Below, piece by piece: positions 56,701-64,000 of a stretch of DNA of 64,000 nt. How positions within the stretch are numbered: position 1 is the first letter of the stretch; each line of letters starts with the position of its first letter. The position numbers and the translations under genes were made by a program. The stretch lies in IMG/VR virus record IMGVR_UViG_3300037714_000131, positions 19,911-83,910 of that record; one strand, 5' to 3'. The notes beneath the pieces are model-generated. The model saw only the letters and a program-made list of their open reading frames with translations. It was not told where the DNA came from and did not search any database. The stretch is from a virus. Lineage: Duplodnaviria; Caudoviricetes.

Positions 56701-59700
56701 CTCACGCATTGAAAAATTGCATGCCGAGAATGAGAAATTTTTTGAGCCTGACGCTTTTCAGAAATATGCTGAAACCGAGAAGTCCTTTACGCCAGAAAGC
56801 CCGCTGGATGAGAGCTATGTGCGAACGATGGTTCGTGACTTGCTTCTGCTTGCCTCAAAGCAAAAAGCCGATTCGATAGCGATCTCGACATCCGAGACCA
56901 CGAACCGCATTCAGGTCAATACAAAAACAAGCGCAGCGCATTTCTACGATGCACAGCTTAAGCCAGCGCTTGAGAAGGAATTGCGCAAGCTGACCGGCGA
57001 CAGTTCGATCAAACTGGAGCAGGTCAAGCTTCCCAAGGCGATCGGCGCTCCACGCAATGAGAAGGCGTACACGGTATGGGCGACGAAGCTTGATCCTGAT
57101 GCATTGGCCAAGGTTCGCGACGAGGGGCAACCTATGTTCGCAAGAACAGATGGCAAGGCTCGCGAGCATGTTATTCGGCGATTGGCAGCAGGAAGGCCGG
57201 TTAGCGTTGAGCAAGAGGTTGTTTCTGCGGCTATGGCGGCAATTCAACCAATCACGATCCCGGAAGGTGTAAGGATCGGCGCGATTGCCAGTCTGTATCC
57301 AATGCCGGATGGAGACTTCGATGCGACCTTCACAAGCCCAGACGGTTCAAGCTTCCACTTCGTCATCGACCGGGACGACGTTTGGAGCGGACGCGCCATC
57401 TTCCATCCCCCGACCGGCACTATCCTGTCCATGCGCTTCGGCAGCTTCCCTGGCCCGACGCCTGGCGACGAGTTCGTTCGCACCGTGCGCGGTGAGGTTT
57501 ATCATGAAGTCGTCCACGCTGTCTGGCGCGGTCTTTCCGGTGCTGCTAGAAATAGGCTCGCGGGCCATGCGGAATCCCTCAAAATTCTGGATAAGTCGTT
57601 TAAAGAATACCTGAAATCAATCGGCGAGCCAAGCGCAAATAGTGCACCTGTAGAGTCGATCAGGTATATTTACGAGGAGGCTTATCAAGGACGCCAGAAC
57701 ATTGACGACCTTCTGGCGCAGGAAAGCGTCGCGCATATGGTTGAACTCTACAGCCACGGGGTTCTCTCAGACGCAGACATTGCGCCGGTTCGTGGTTTGC
57801 TGGAAGGCGTAATCCCCGGCGTCCGTCCATTCGACGATCAGCCGCTGTTTGCGCGCCGAGGCGAAACGCCGGACCCGCACAACATGATTATCTCCATCAC
57901 CATGAATGCGGTGGAGGCGGAAGCAAAAGCCAAGGACGTTTCGACAGAGCAGGAAGCCGTTCGCGTCTTGCGCCGGGAAGCGATCAAGTTCTTCAAAGAT
58001 ATGGGCATCTTCACCGAAAAGGAGTGGAACACGCTCAAGTCAGCGGCGAAGCGTAATGGCTGGGTAGAGACGGCGGAAGTTCGAAAAGCTCTTGCCGAAG
58101 CTGGCGCTCCAGACGCTGATGCGATCGCCACGACAGCCATCGCCGAACAATATAGCGAATTCCACCTGAACCAGAAACAGTTCACCGGAACCATCGCCGC
58201 GGTATTCCAGAGGATCAAGGATTTCATCGCCCGCATCTCCAGCTTCATGCGCGGCGAAGGTTTCCAGACCGCTGATGATGTCTTCACAAAGATCGATGAA
58301 GGAGAGTTCAAGGCAAGGTTCAATGAAGCGTTTCCGGAGTTTGCGCCGGAAGTGGCGACAGATCAGCTCTCCGATGTAGCGGCGCAGGCGCTACCTGGCA
58401 ATATGCCGAACCCGCCACTTGCGCCTCCGCCGTCTGGTGCGACGCCGGGGCTTGCTCCCTCACCGGCTGGATCGCTGATCGATATTCAACGGAACCTGCG
58501 CAAACGGCTCGGGCTGACGGTCAAGCGGGGTCGTTTGAGCCCGGAGATGAAGCGCCTTGCTGCCCAGATGGGTGGGATGCTTCGCGGCCAGTTCAGCCGC
58601 CAGACCGGCGTCATACGCCTTGCTGTTCTGGAAGACATCGACAGTGAAGCCCATGAGGTTGGACACGCACTGGAAGATCGGTATGATCTGGCGCCACTAA
58701 AAGCCCGTCATCAGAGAGACCTGATCGGCATAGCGCAGATGAGCGGGCGCGATACCGTCTCGGAAGGCTTCGCCGAATTTTTCCGACTGTATCTCACAAA
58801 TCCGCAGGCAGCGGAAGCACATGCGCCGGGGTTCTTCAGCGAATTCGAAGAGTTCATGGATGCGCAAGATCCGCAGACGCTTGCTGACATTCAGGAGATT
58901 CGCGACCAGTATCAAGATTGGCGAAATGCATCATCTGCTGGGCGCATCACGGCGGCGGTCAAGTCAGGTGTGCCGGAAAGCACATTTCAGGCAATCCGTA
59001 ACGAGTACAACGAAGGCGGAGTTGCTGCCGTTTCCGGCATGTACTGGCGCTATCTGGAGCGCGTCTATAAAGGACGTTTTGACCGCACCAATGCGATACG
59101 CAAGCTGATGATGCGTATCGCACGACAGGCGGAGAGGAACAATCAGGACCTTGATCTGTCGGCGTGGCGCAATCCCCAGATGCAAGCGCAGAAGATCGTT
59201 TCGTCCGATGCCGCCGCCTATATCGATCTGACGCAAGGCGTGCACTGGGAGAATTCTTCCGACAAGGGCACAGTCAGTCTGCGTGACGCGCTGCTGACGG
59301 CATATGGTGGCGTCGAGTTCAACAACTGGTCCGAGCAACAGCGTAACCACTTTGGTGGGTACATGATCGCACGGCGCGGGCGCTGGCTGTGGCAACGCCA
59401 CGATATGAGCCCGGCGCAAAATCGTGGGCGAGGACCGAACCCGCCGGGCAATCCCGGCGAGGGGGATTGGTATTTCGACACAATGCGGCGTCAGCGCCGC
59501 ATTTTTCTTGCCGGGCGTTGGGAAACCGAACTGATGCGCCCGCCGGATAAGCACAACCGTGCCGATCACGAGCAGGCGGTGGCCGATCTGGAAGCGGCAA
59601 ACCCGCAATTTGCGCAAGCGTCGCAGATGGTTTATCAGTTCCTGCGGGATCTGGCACTAAAGCGTTATCAGGCCGGTCTGGATAGCCTGGAAGAATACCA

Positions 59701-62338
59701 GTACAAGACCGGCACGCCGGATTATGTCCCGTGGTTCCGTGACATGTCGGACGAGATTTTCAAGGGCACCGCGGTCAGCGGGCGAAAGGTCGCGGCGAAA
59801 TTCGCGATCAAGGGATCGTACCGGGATTTCATCGATCCGATCGAGGGCATCGCCCGGCAGGTCTACGACACCAATCAGGAAATCGCCGTCAACAAGCCGA
59901 AATTGCTTCTGGGCAAGATGGCCGATGAGGTCGAAAACGCGGGGCAATATGTCGAGATCATCCCAGCGACACGGATGAGGGTGGAGGAAGTCAGGATTCG
60001 CGATGCGCTGCAAGCGGCGGCGATCGAGGAAGGCTTGCCGCCGGAAGACGCCAAGGAGATGATTTCCACCGTCGCTTCAATGCTCGGGGAAGACGCTGTC
60101 GCCAAGCTGTTCAAATCGGAACAGGCGGGCGAAGGCCGCGATGCGATCCTGCACTACATGGATAACGGCGTTCTCAAGATGCTGCAAATCCATGATGACG
60201 GGCACGGGATCGCGAAGGACATTCTCGGCTTTTTCGAGATGACGCGCGGCACGCCGTTCGGGGATAGCTTCTTCGATTTGATTACGGCGGTCGTTCGGAC
60301 TCCGCAACGGGCCATCACTTCGACGCCTGGGTTCCAATGGCGGAATCTCATCCGAGACATGTTCAATGCCTTAGTCTTGCAATCTGGATATTTCCCGCTC
60401 GTTTCCAATGCAAGGACGGTCATTGACAATCGCAGGCGTCTTGCACGCGGCGAAGAAACGTGGGCGCAAATCCTTGCCAGGCATGGCGGCATCATGGGCG
60501 GCATCAACCGCTCCAGCATCCAGCAATTGCGTCAGGGCCGCGTTTCCAATCTACGCACGGAAGGGGTCGTGCTTAACCCGGCCCGGCGTGATTTTTTGAC
60601 GAAAACCGTCAACCCGCTCCATGAAGATTTCTGGAAATGGGCGGAATGGACGGAAGCCAATACCCGGCAATCAATTGCTCGCATTTCGTTCAACCGGGCG
60701 CTCAAGGATGCGCAAAGTCGCTACCCGACAATGCCGCAAGAGCAGCAGACTTTCATCGCGCTTGAATCGGCGGTGCAGCGGTCGAGAGATTATACCGACT
60801 ATGGGCGTTCCGGCGATTTTGCGAGCCAGGTCGTGTTCAATCGTTTGGTGATGTTTTTAAACCCGGCATTGCAGGGTCCGGACAAAATGTTTCGCAAGCT
60901 ATTCCTGGCGCAGACCGATGAAGGCGTGTTCGCCGCCGCGCAGGTGGTGAGGAAAAAGCTCGCTCCGCTGTTCGATGATCGCCAGAGATCGCAAGCAGAG
61001 AAGACCCTTACGAAGTCCGAAAAGGACGCATTGAAGGACTCCATGCGCGCGTGGACGACCGTTGCGATGATCGCCGTCGCTCATCTGATGCTTGAGCTTA
61101 TGCTCAATGATGAAGACGAATTGCGGGACAAGTCAGAGCTTGAGCGCGCGCTCAATATTCCGATGACGATCAACGGTCAGCCCTACCGCATTCCACGCGG
61201 GTTCGACATTGTGAACGTCATGTCGAATGCGGTGCGCGCGCAGTATGATAGCTGGCGTTATGAAGATCCGACAGCATGGCAGCGTTTCCGCCGGACGCTT
61301 GGGTATAGCCTTGTTCCGCCGCATTCATCGCCATTGCTCGACATGTATATCGGATGGAAGCATAACCGAAATAATTTCTTCGATAGCGCGATCGAACCTG
61401 AGTATATGCAGGGTCGTTTGCCGGAGGATCGTTATAAGGCTTACACGTCAGGTCTTTCGAAAGACATGGCCGAGGGGATCAACTCTGTCGCGCCGTTCGA
61501 AGTGTCGCCACTCATGGTCGAGTACACCATGAACACGCTTGGCTCGGATTGGGCGCGGGACATCATGAGCGCATATGATGTTCTTGACCCAGACAAACCT
61601 GCATTACGCTGGCAGGAATATCCGTTCATCCGCACGACGCGCGGATTGCGCGGCACGCGCGGCGCAGAGGATTTCTGGGATCTCATGGGGCGGGATGGCG
61701 GAGACTTCATACAGCCGGCCGGTTCATACAAACAAGAAGCCGTCAAGAACAAGGTCTGGACGCAGGAGGACATACGCAAATTCTTTGAACGCCGGGTGAC
61801 GGATGACGACGCCAGAGCCTATGCAATCCTGAATGGACATTACGATGTCGATCAGCGCCGCCTGCATCCGATGGAACGCGCGAAAGAGTTCATCGCCGCG
61901 CTCAGCGCAACATCCAGGCAGGTGGCGTTCAACCGGGTTGACGATCCAAGAACCGGGAAGCGTCTTGAGGTCACGCGCGCCGTCCGTCAGCAGGCTAACG
62001 AGATCATGAGCGAGATCAGCAGACGGGAATATCTGAACGGCCTGATAGCGATCCAGCGCCCCGGCTACGAGTTCCGGGAACCGATGCCGGTGAAGCCATA
62101 TCTGGAAGAGCTTAAAACGGTCTCGCCGAGAATCCATGCCATGCTGATTGACAAGATCAAGATCAAGCGCGGCACGAAGGTTTACGATTACGATACGGTG
62201 CGGGAACTCTGGCCAGAAATCCGCCGCCGTCTCCTTGATGCAAACAGGCGCGAGACCATCATCGAAAAGCGGGCGCAGGTCGAATTCAACGATCTGAACT
62301 ATGCCGTCGGTCGGGCAAGAGCGCTCGGAATCCGCTGA
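50702..62338 (+). CDS. Giant ejection-type polyvalent protein (3878 aa; LPD/DarB-like, C-terminal LPD38-like region)
   Basis: Last gene of the virion operon, with a mosaic of domains including a GNAT-like insert; the C-terminus has FLNPALQG, YRIPRGF and SPLMVEY. Confidence 0.8.
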   Translation: MAENIFEQFGFDDDEAEPITRDVPSEGPKNFFSVYDREPDAVEVVTPEPPAPVTQDQPFEPVAGVKVNWLADEHYERIARENAERKRREKETLDKQRGDGFLEGITDLQQYGEFAKGVVPGAIRFAGTSAKGVAGIQQASSLASQTDAQRQLAIVDSLDRGEQPADATGFEIEISAYGQMTPEQKQAYRQKLQGQSTSPRTPLEDRTFYQTGESLTEYAQGLFPAAQGYDEAVGRQLGEGIGSMLAGLPAGFLGRVPALVFFGSGGSGEALERAVQHDKTEKKAGRPGLTEEQLATATLWGIGPGATDLLPVETLLGRLKIPQPFRGPIARAIGRIGGQAFVEGMQEAGQAFLQNLISQQVYNDSQTLGEGVVPEGGLGAGVGALAETGRMLIARFAGRKKPGGAPATDDDLTLEEIAEAIDNPMDQGQQVARETKQDKLDVTEQAGETLPKLAEEGRRLVSATHPDWQAFAKVHGNDAAIALAAAQMDGETVTLDEILQRAKLASDERSAERAAQGIADPRGQTEQIAQPQATEAHPYDAVPASAINGDLVHNLGRFFGEAYQGKPVLLTNNGFRPDEVAALERVGMASDGHMSLEQFQLYDQEYGYRVNRRIGKAVERDFGPKPQAKRFQRRGERPAETPSENVIRFIRERGGIQPSGETDAMDAGRYPGLVSQRGMTPDQAREALVEAGFLTESGADETAVTTPNDVYDLLDRAIRGERVVPVAEQAADRERIATEEAYEFDRELEAAEQNFVFPALAEIDAEIGAPVLADAYRKLSNDDKAELIERFSREGEGIDAILEEMAIRNEDAPTIAAMAIRRGATPEQIEQLRGVIQQASPELATVFDELVASLPKPRQAKARKPAAPVSEAGRNVISRLEGIGKQAELRSAVEQLGPTLKADEWKSVAYEVTGRNFPSGKQARQAVLDRLSDRLLMDERVEGIKRLFGREEQQERPRLSFPKSMSARPSRYRTGGQAETAQAPQRKEVGSTLTDFARASSASEIAERFNILQEDAASLLARNAFTGEAKTIVERLAGKAAEANTHAQNNDWEALGQVVGDMVADAATLTELDARPTARVLTQWVDTASRLAREGNIPIPERAEADPQQVRRQFASILNSKTPRSKWASTLGISEEQLAPLIDEAVRKGFLRRDRNGNVRRVPQSQRSGSFAAMVIPENLPDTIPGVGDVVLTPKAEAAKTELQAAIDRAAAKILPEAVSIDVRDNIAIATLRREDQMLALQSGGLAGYMYREAVSRAEDLRLRAFQAKTAKEREGLVRAAREELEKADRIRRNYLQTDNMLALRTGRGQTESDPSGEDAEATSAAKILPEAVSIDVRDNIAIATLRREDQMLALSARAQQSWQQQLQAFLDGVFSNEWINGEGFKAYVRKSERLDPNTGEVLPTLDIASIEVSREQRGQGTFRDVLASAIETAQRNGIQAVYVENVLTDQFASFFRNAGWTEDSRYGPPSFHLRIDTGRGQTESDPSAIVGEDTEATSAAEISNELDRIDTELRSLSAGLGRIMRIPSAKREERRKELVKERGRLIELYRDLPLEARAALAGRKSETAESPRVNDKGFILRLPFKERWGDPRFNDADQVRAIGRLREIQQMDVKNASWADLVQARNDINEITAQLFYYEPDVDLSPYTYEGDLYGYLQDLRGFSLPEGFRPSIFSATDLSPEIRDIVAEGKAAIDNIAASKRRGIENFLVFGDTPRLRKTAEIDPAMIGETQRSGFFFLAARKLADVPDALFQQGGQSVIDHLRQAGVKRAEIEHFQLGELAGEKTVTREAFQKKIAERMFDFRQKTSWLNPERSRKDYEFGGTRAFRGPRIPGRGVYFERLMAFPKKLKGGEPFAPGHFQSPHWQDALAGTWASWRGSTRDVPGYGKMVVGEEGQTDYMQGALGRGDDWTGKRPRISEKEYLALKKERALYKKVGDEISGLISNINYTSRMPYETGLSLDRDLTPGEDFTEAAKESWPERIAQLREFAGDDAESLKAVSRIEKLHAENEKFFEPDAFQKYAETEKSFTPESPLDESYVRTMVRDLLLLASKQKADSIAISTSETTNRIQVNTKTSAAHFYDAQLKPALEKELRKLTGDSSIKLEQVKLPKAIGAPRNEKAYTVWATKLDPDALAKVRDEGQPMFARTDGKAREHVIRRLAAGRPVSVEQEVVSAAMAAIQPITIPEGVRIGAIASLYPMPDGDFDATFTSPDGSSFHFVIDRDDVWSGRAIFHPPTGTILSMRFGSFPGPTPGDEFVRTVRGEVYHEVVHAVWRGLSGAARNRLAGHAESLKILDKSFKEYLKSIGEPSANSAPVESIRYIYEEAYQGRQNIDDLLAQESVAHMVELYSHGVLSDADIAPVRGLLEGVIPGVRPFDDQPLFARRGETPDPHNMIISITMNAVEAEAKAKDVSTEQEAVRVLRREAIKFFKDMGIFTEKEWNTLKSAAKRNGWVETAEVRKALAEAGAPDADAIATTAIAEQYSEFHLNQKQFTGTIAAVFQRIKDFIARISSFMRGEGFQTADDVFTKIDEGEFKARFNEAFPEFAPEVATDQLSDVAAQALPGNMPNPPLAPPPSGATPGLAPSPAGSLIDIQRNLRKRLGLTVKRGRLSPEMKRLAAQMGGMLRGQFSRQTGVIRLAVLEDIDSEAHEVGHALEDRYDLAPLKARHQRDLIGIAQMSGRDTVSEGFAEFFRLYLTNPQAAEAHAPGFFSEFEEFMDAQDPQTLADIQEIRDQYQDWRNASSAGRITAAVKSGVPESTFQAIRNEYNEGGVAAVSGMYWRYLERVYKGRFDRTNAIRKLMMRIARQAERNNQDLDLSAWRNPQMQAQKIVSSDAAAYIDLTQGVHWENSSDKGTVSLRDALLTAYGGVEFNNWSEQQRNHFGGYMIARRGRWLWQRHDMSPAQNRGRGPNPPGNPGEGDWYFDTMRRQRRIFLAGRWETELMRPPDKHNRADHEQAVADLEAANPQFAQASQMVYQFLRDLALKRYQAGLDSLEEYQYKTGTPDYVPWFRDMSDEIFKGTAVSGRKVAAKFAIKGSYRDFIDPIEGIARQVYDTNQEIAVNKPKLLLGKMADEVENAGQYVEIIPATRMRVEEVRIRDALQAAAIEEGLPPEDAKEMISTVASMLGEDAVAKLFKSEQAGEGRDAILHYMDNGVLKMLQIHDDGHGIAKDILGFFEMTRGTPFGDSFFDLITAVVRTPQRAITSTPGFQWRNLIRDMFNALVLQSGYFPLVSNARTVIDNRRRLARGEETWAQILARHGGIMGGINRSSIQQLRQGRVSNLRTEGVVLNPARRDFLTKTVNPLHEDFWKWAEWTEANTRQSIARISFNRALKDAQSRYPTMPQEQQTFIALESAVQRSRDYTDYGRSGDFASQVVFNRLVMFLNPALQGPDKMFRKLFLAQTDEGVFAAAQVVRKKLAPLFDDRQRSQAEKTLTKSEKDALKDSMRAWTTVAMIAVAHLMLELMLNDEDELRDKSELERALNIPMTINGQPYRIPRGFDIVNVMSNAVRAQYDSWRYEDPTAWQRFRRTLGYSLVPPHSSPLLDMYIGWKHNRNNFFDSAIEPEYMQGRLPEDRYKAYTSGLSKDMAEGINSVAPFEVSPLMVEYTMNTLGSDWARDIMSAYDVLDPDKPALRWQEYPFIRTTRGLRGTRGAEDFWDLMGRDGGDFIQPAGSYKQEAVKNKVWTQEDIRKFFERRVTDDDARAYAILNGHYDVDQRRLHPMERAKEFIAALSATSRQVAFNRVDDPRTGKRLEVTRAVRQQANEIMSEISRREYLNGLIAIQRPGYEFREPMPVKPYLEELKTVSPRIHAMLIDKIKIKRGTKVYDYDTVRELWPEIRRRLLDANRRETIIEKRAQVEFNDLNYAVGRARALGIR
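54331..55200 (+). repeat. Internal direct repeats A (54331-54420 = 54673-54762, 90 bp identical) and B (54616-54675 ~ 55132-55200)
   Basis: Aligned by eye; the B copies differ by a 9-bp indel and two substitutions. Confidence 0.9.
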
Positions 62339-62453
62339 CGATCTTGCCGATAATGTGGACGGTGTTGCCTACAGTCATGATGAACAACCACCATATTCCG
62401 ACAAGGGCACCAGTAACGATCAGGTAGATGGCAAGCGCTTCGATGAATGACAT
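62286..62453 (-). CDS. Possible small membrane protein (55 aa)
   Basis: MSFIEALAIYLIVTGALVGIWWLFIMTVG...; overlaps the end of the giant gene. Confidence 0.3.
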   Translation of the reverse strand: MSFIEALAIYLIVTGALVGIWWLFIMTVGNTVHIIGKIVSGFRALLPDRRHSSDR

Positions 62454-62563
62454 TGGCTTGATCTTTCGCTGAACTCTGTGTAGAACATCATAAGAACAGA
62501 CGGGCAGGTCCGAGGTTGCAACTCGGACCTGCCCTAACCACGCCTGATCACTGGAGGATCAAG

Positions 62564-63175
62564 ATGGCTGATAAACCTGTATGCAAATATCCCGGCTGTG
62601 ACAACAAGCGAATTGCTCGCGGCTATTGCAAAAAACACTACAGCAAACTCATGCGGACGGGTGATCCTGCCGGGGTTAATCGCCCCGATAGGGTCGTAGC
62701 CAAGGGTGTGGGGAATAGTGAGATTAACTTCTCGAATCGAGAGCGCATTCGCTTTGAGAAGAAGTTCATAACCGAGCCAAATTGTGGATGCTGGCTGTGG
62801 ACGGGCGCTTTGACCGGTGACGGTTATGGTAACTTTCATTTTCGTGGCAGGGCAGAGCGCAGTCATAGACTTTCTTACAGAGCGTATGTAGGCGCTATAC
62901 CCGAAGGCCTGACGCTTGATCATTTATGCCGCGTCCGAAGCTGCATAAATCCTCAACATTTAGAGCCGGTCACTCTCTTGGAAAACACCTTGCGGGGTGA
63001 GTCTGGCGCACAATTTCTAGCGCGAACCCACTGCCCAAGAGGACACGCATACACACCGGACAATATTCTTAAAAGCAATGGAAAAAGCAGGAATGGAACT
63101 CCGCATCGCGGGTGCAAGGCATGCTCGCGAGAGCGGAGCGTAATAAGAAAGGCCCGCACAATGGCGGGCCTTTAG
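62564..63175 (+). CDS. Free-standing HNH endonuclease
   Basis: CKYPGC..RGYCKKHY, CWLWTG, SHRLSY, LDHLCRVRSCINPQHL and CPRGH. Confidence 0.88.
   Translation: MADKPVCKYPGCDNKRIARGYCKKHYSKLMRTGDPAGVNRPDRVVAKGVGNSEINFSNRERIRFEKKFITEPNCGCWLWTGALTGDGYGNFHFRGRAERSHRLSYRAYVGAIPEGLTLDHLCRVRSCINPQHLEPVTLLENTLRGESGAQFLARTHCPRGHAYTPDNILKSNGKSRNGTPHRGCKACSRERSVIRKARTMAGL
63148..63174. terminator. Bidirectional terminator-like hairpin
   Basis: AAAGGCCCGC-acaatg-GCGGGCCTTT between convergent genes. Confidence 0.7.
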
Positions 63176-64000
63176 TTAAGCCGTGACATTCGATTTTCTC
63201 CGCGGGCGGCGTGCATAGCGTCGATCCGGTTCGCCGTCCTTGCGGCGGACAACATACCGGCGATCACGTTCCCCGTCCTTACGGAGAGGAACGCGACTTC
63301 CCGAGAGAAGATCTTCGAGAAGCTTTGCGGAGTCGGCTTCAGTCCAGAGTTCGGCCGGTTCTTCCGGCTCGGGTTCAGGTGGTGCATTTTCTGCACCAAC
63401 TTCCGTACGTTGCGCGACGGGTAGCGTAGTGGCTTGGGCATTGCTGGCTAAGGCTAGATACATGAACAATGTTGCCGCAATGTCCAAAACGATCGCCATG
63501 AATATGGGCAGAGCCTTGCTGACCGTCGCGGTGTCAGCTTGGATGACCCACCCGATGGTGTCAGCCTGGGCGTCGGATGTTGCAGGTTTCCCTGCGAGGA
63601 CGATGGCCTGAAGTTTGTCGGCCTTCGCCTGCGTTGCGCTGAGTTGGTCACAGAATGTAACCGACTGCTCGACAGTCACGTCCGTACAGCCCTTGGTGCT
63701 TTCCCATCGGCGATTGCCCTTCATGGCTGTAAGGCGCTCTGTGGCCTGCTCAAGGCCCTGCTGAGCGGTCGTGTAGGCGGCGATGGTATTCTGCTTCTCG
63801 CCGACTGTAGTCGTTCTGTGCGAGGCTGTGTAGCCGATAGCGTTGGCAAGCACAAATCCGGTGCACAGGAGCCACCCGGCGCGCGCGAGCAGATTGCGCG
63901 ACAGTGGCAGGATGAACCAAGATCCGATCACGACGGCTGCGAACGCAGCGCCGAACATATCGCCGTCGATACCCGGAGCAAGGGTTTGGCCGTTTCTGAA
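63176..64000 (-). CDS. Membrane/coiled-coil protein (5' end outside window)
   Basis: TM helices, a Cys pair and TM, then repeated RKDGE.DRRY; architecture similar to 14032-15264. Confidence 0.7.
   Translation of the reverse strand, partial: FRNGQTLAPGIDGDMFGAAFAAVVIGSWFILPLSRNLLARAGWLLCTGFVLANAIGYTASHRTTTVGEKQNTIAAYTTAQQGLEQATERLTAMKGNRRWESTKGCTDVTVEQSVTFCDQLSATQAKADKLQAIVLAGKPATSDAQADTIGWVIQADTATVSKALPIFMAIVLDIAATLFMYLALASNAQATTLPVAQRTEVGAENAPPEPEPEEPAELWTEADSAKLLEDLLSGSRVPLRKDGERDRRYVVRRKDGEPDRRYARRPRRKSNVTA

Overview
Most of a temperate, podovirus-like phage or prophage genome. The host is probably alphaproteobacterial, inferred from the Omp25/RopB-like porin and GcrA-like genes. Layout: leftward early operon (DEDDh exonuclease, Erf, Lar-like, many small ORFs, degenerate tRNA-like element, pentapeptide-repeat protein; 20-7164), then a cI/cro switch with TTGGA-N7-TCCAA operators. 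The rightward early/middle operon (8105-23631) carries a GcrA-like HTH, an adenine MTase, an OMP moron, small ORFs including an Acb2/Tad1-like hairpin protein, a non-autonomous IS200/IS605 tnpB element, a second operon-embedded TnpB with a rearranged RuvC, a C5-MTase with a nested second-frame ORF, a replication initiator with iterons, a primase-helicase, an HNH and a possible late regulator. A ~1.8 kb ORF-poor, highly structured interval (23632-25400) precedes the late operon: terminase, portal, scaffold, a major capsid gene split by a group I intron with an HNH, a ~6 kb glycosyl/methyltransferase/ATP-grasp cluster, T7/BPP-1-like tail tube and fibre genes, internal virion proteins and a 3878-aa ejection-type protein with repeat-bounded variable cassettes. 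The best leads are: (1) the embedded TnpB, whose predicted guide matches 12-13 nt just downstream of the predicted late promoter; (2) the large structured RNA(s) there; (3) the putative virion glycosylation cluster; (4) the cassette structure in the giant protein. All assignments are by eye from motifs. No database searches or folding were run. No integrase, lysis genes, reverse transcriptase or CRISPR array were recognised in the window.
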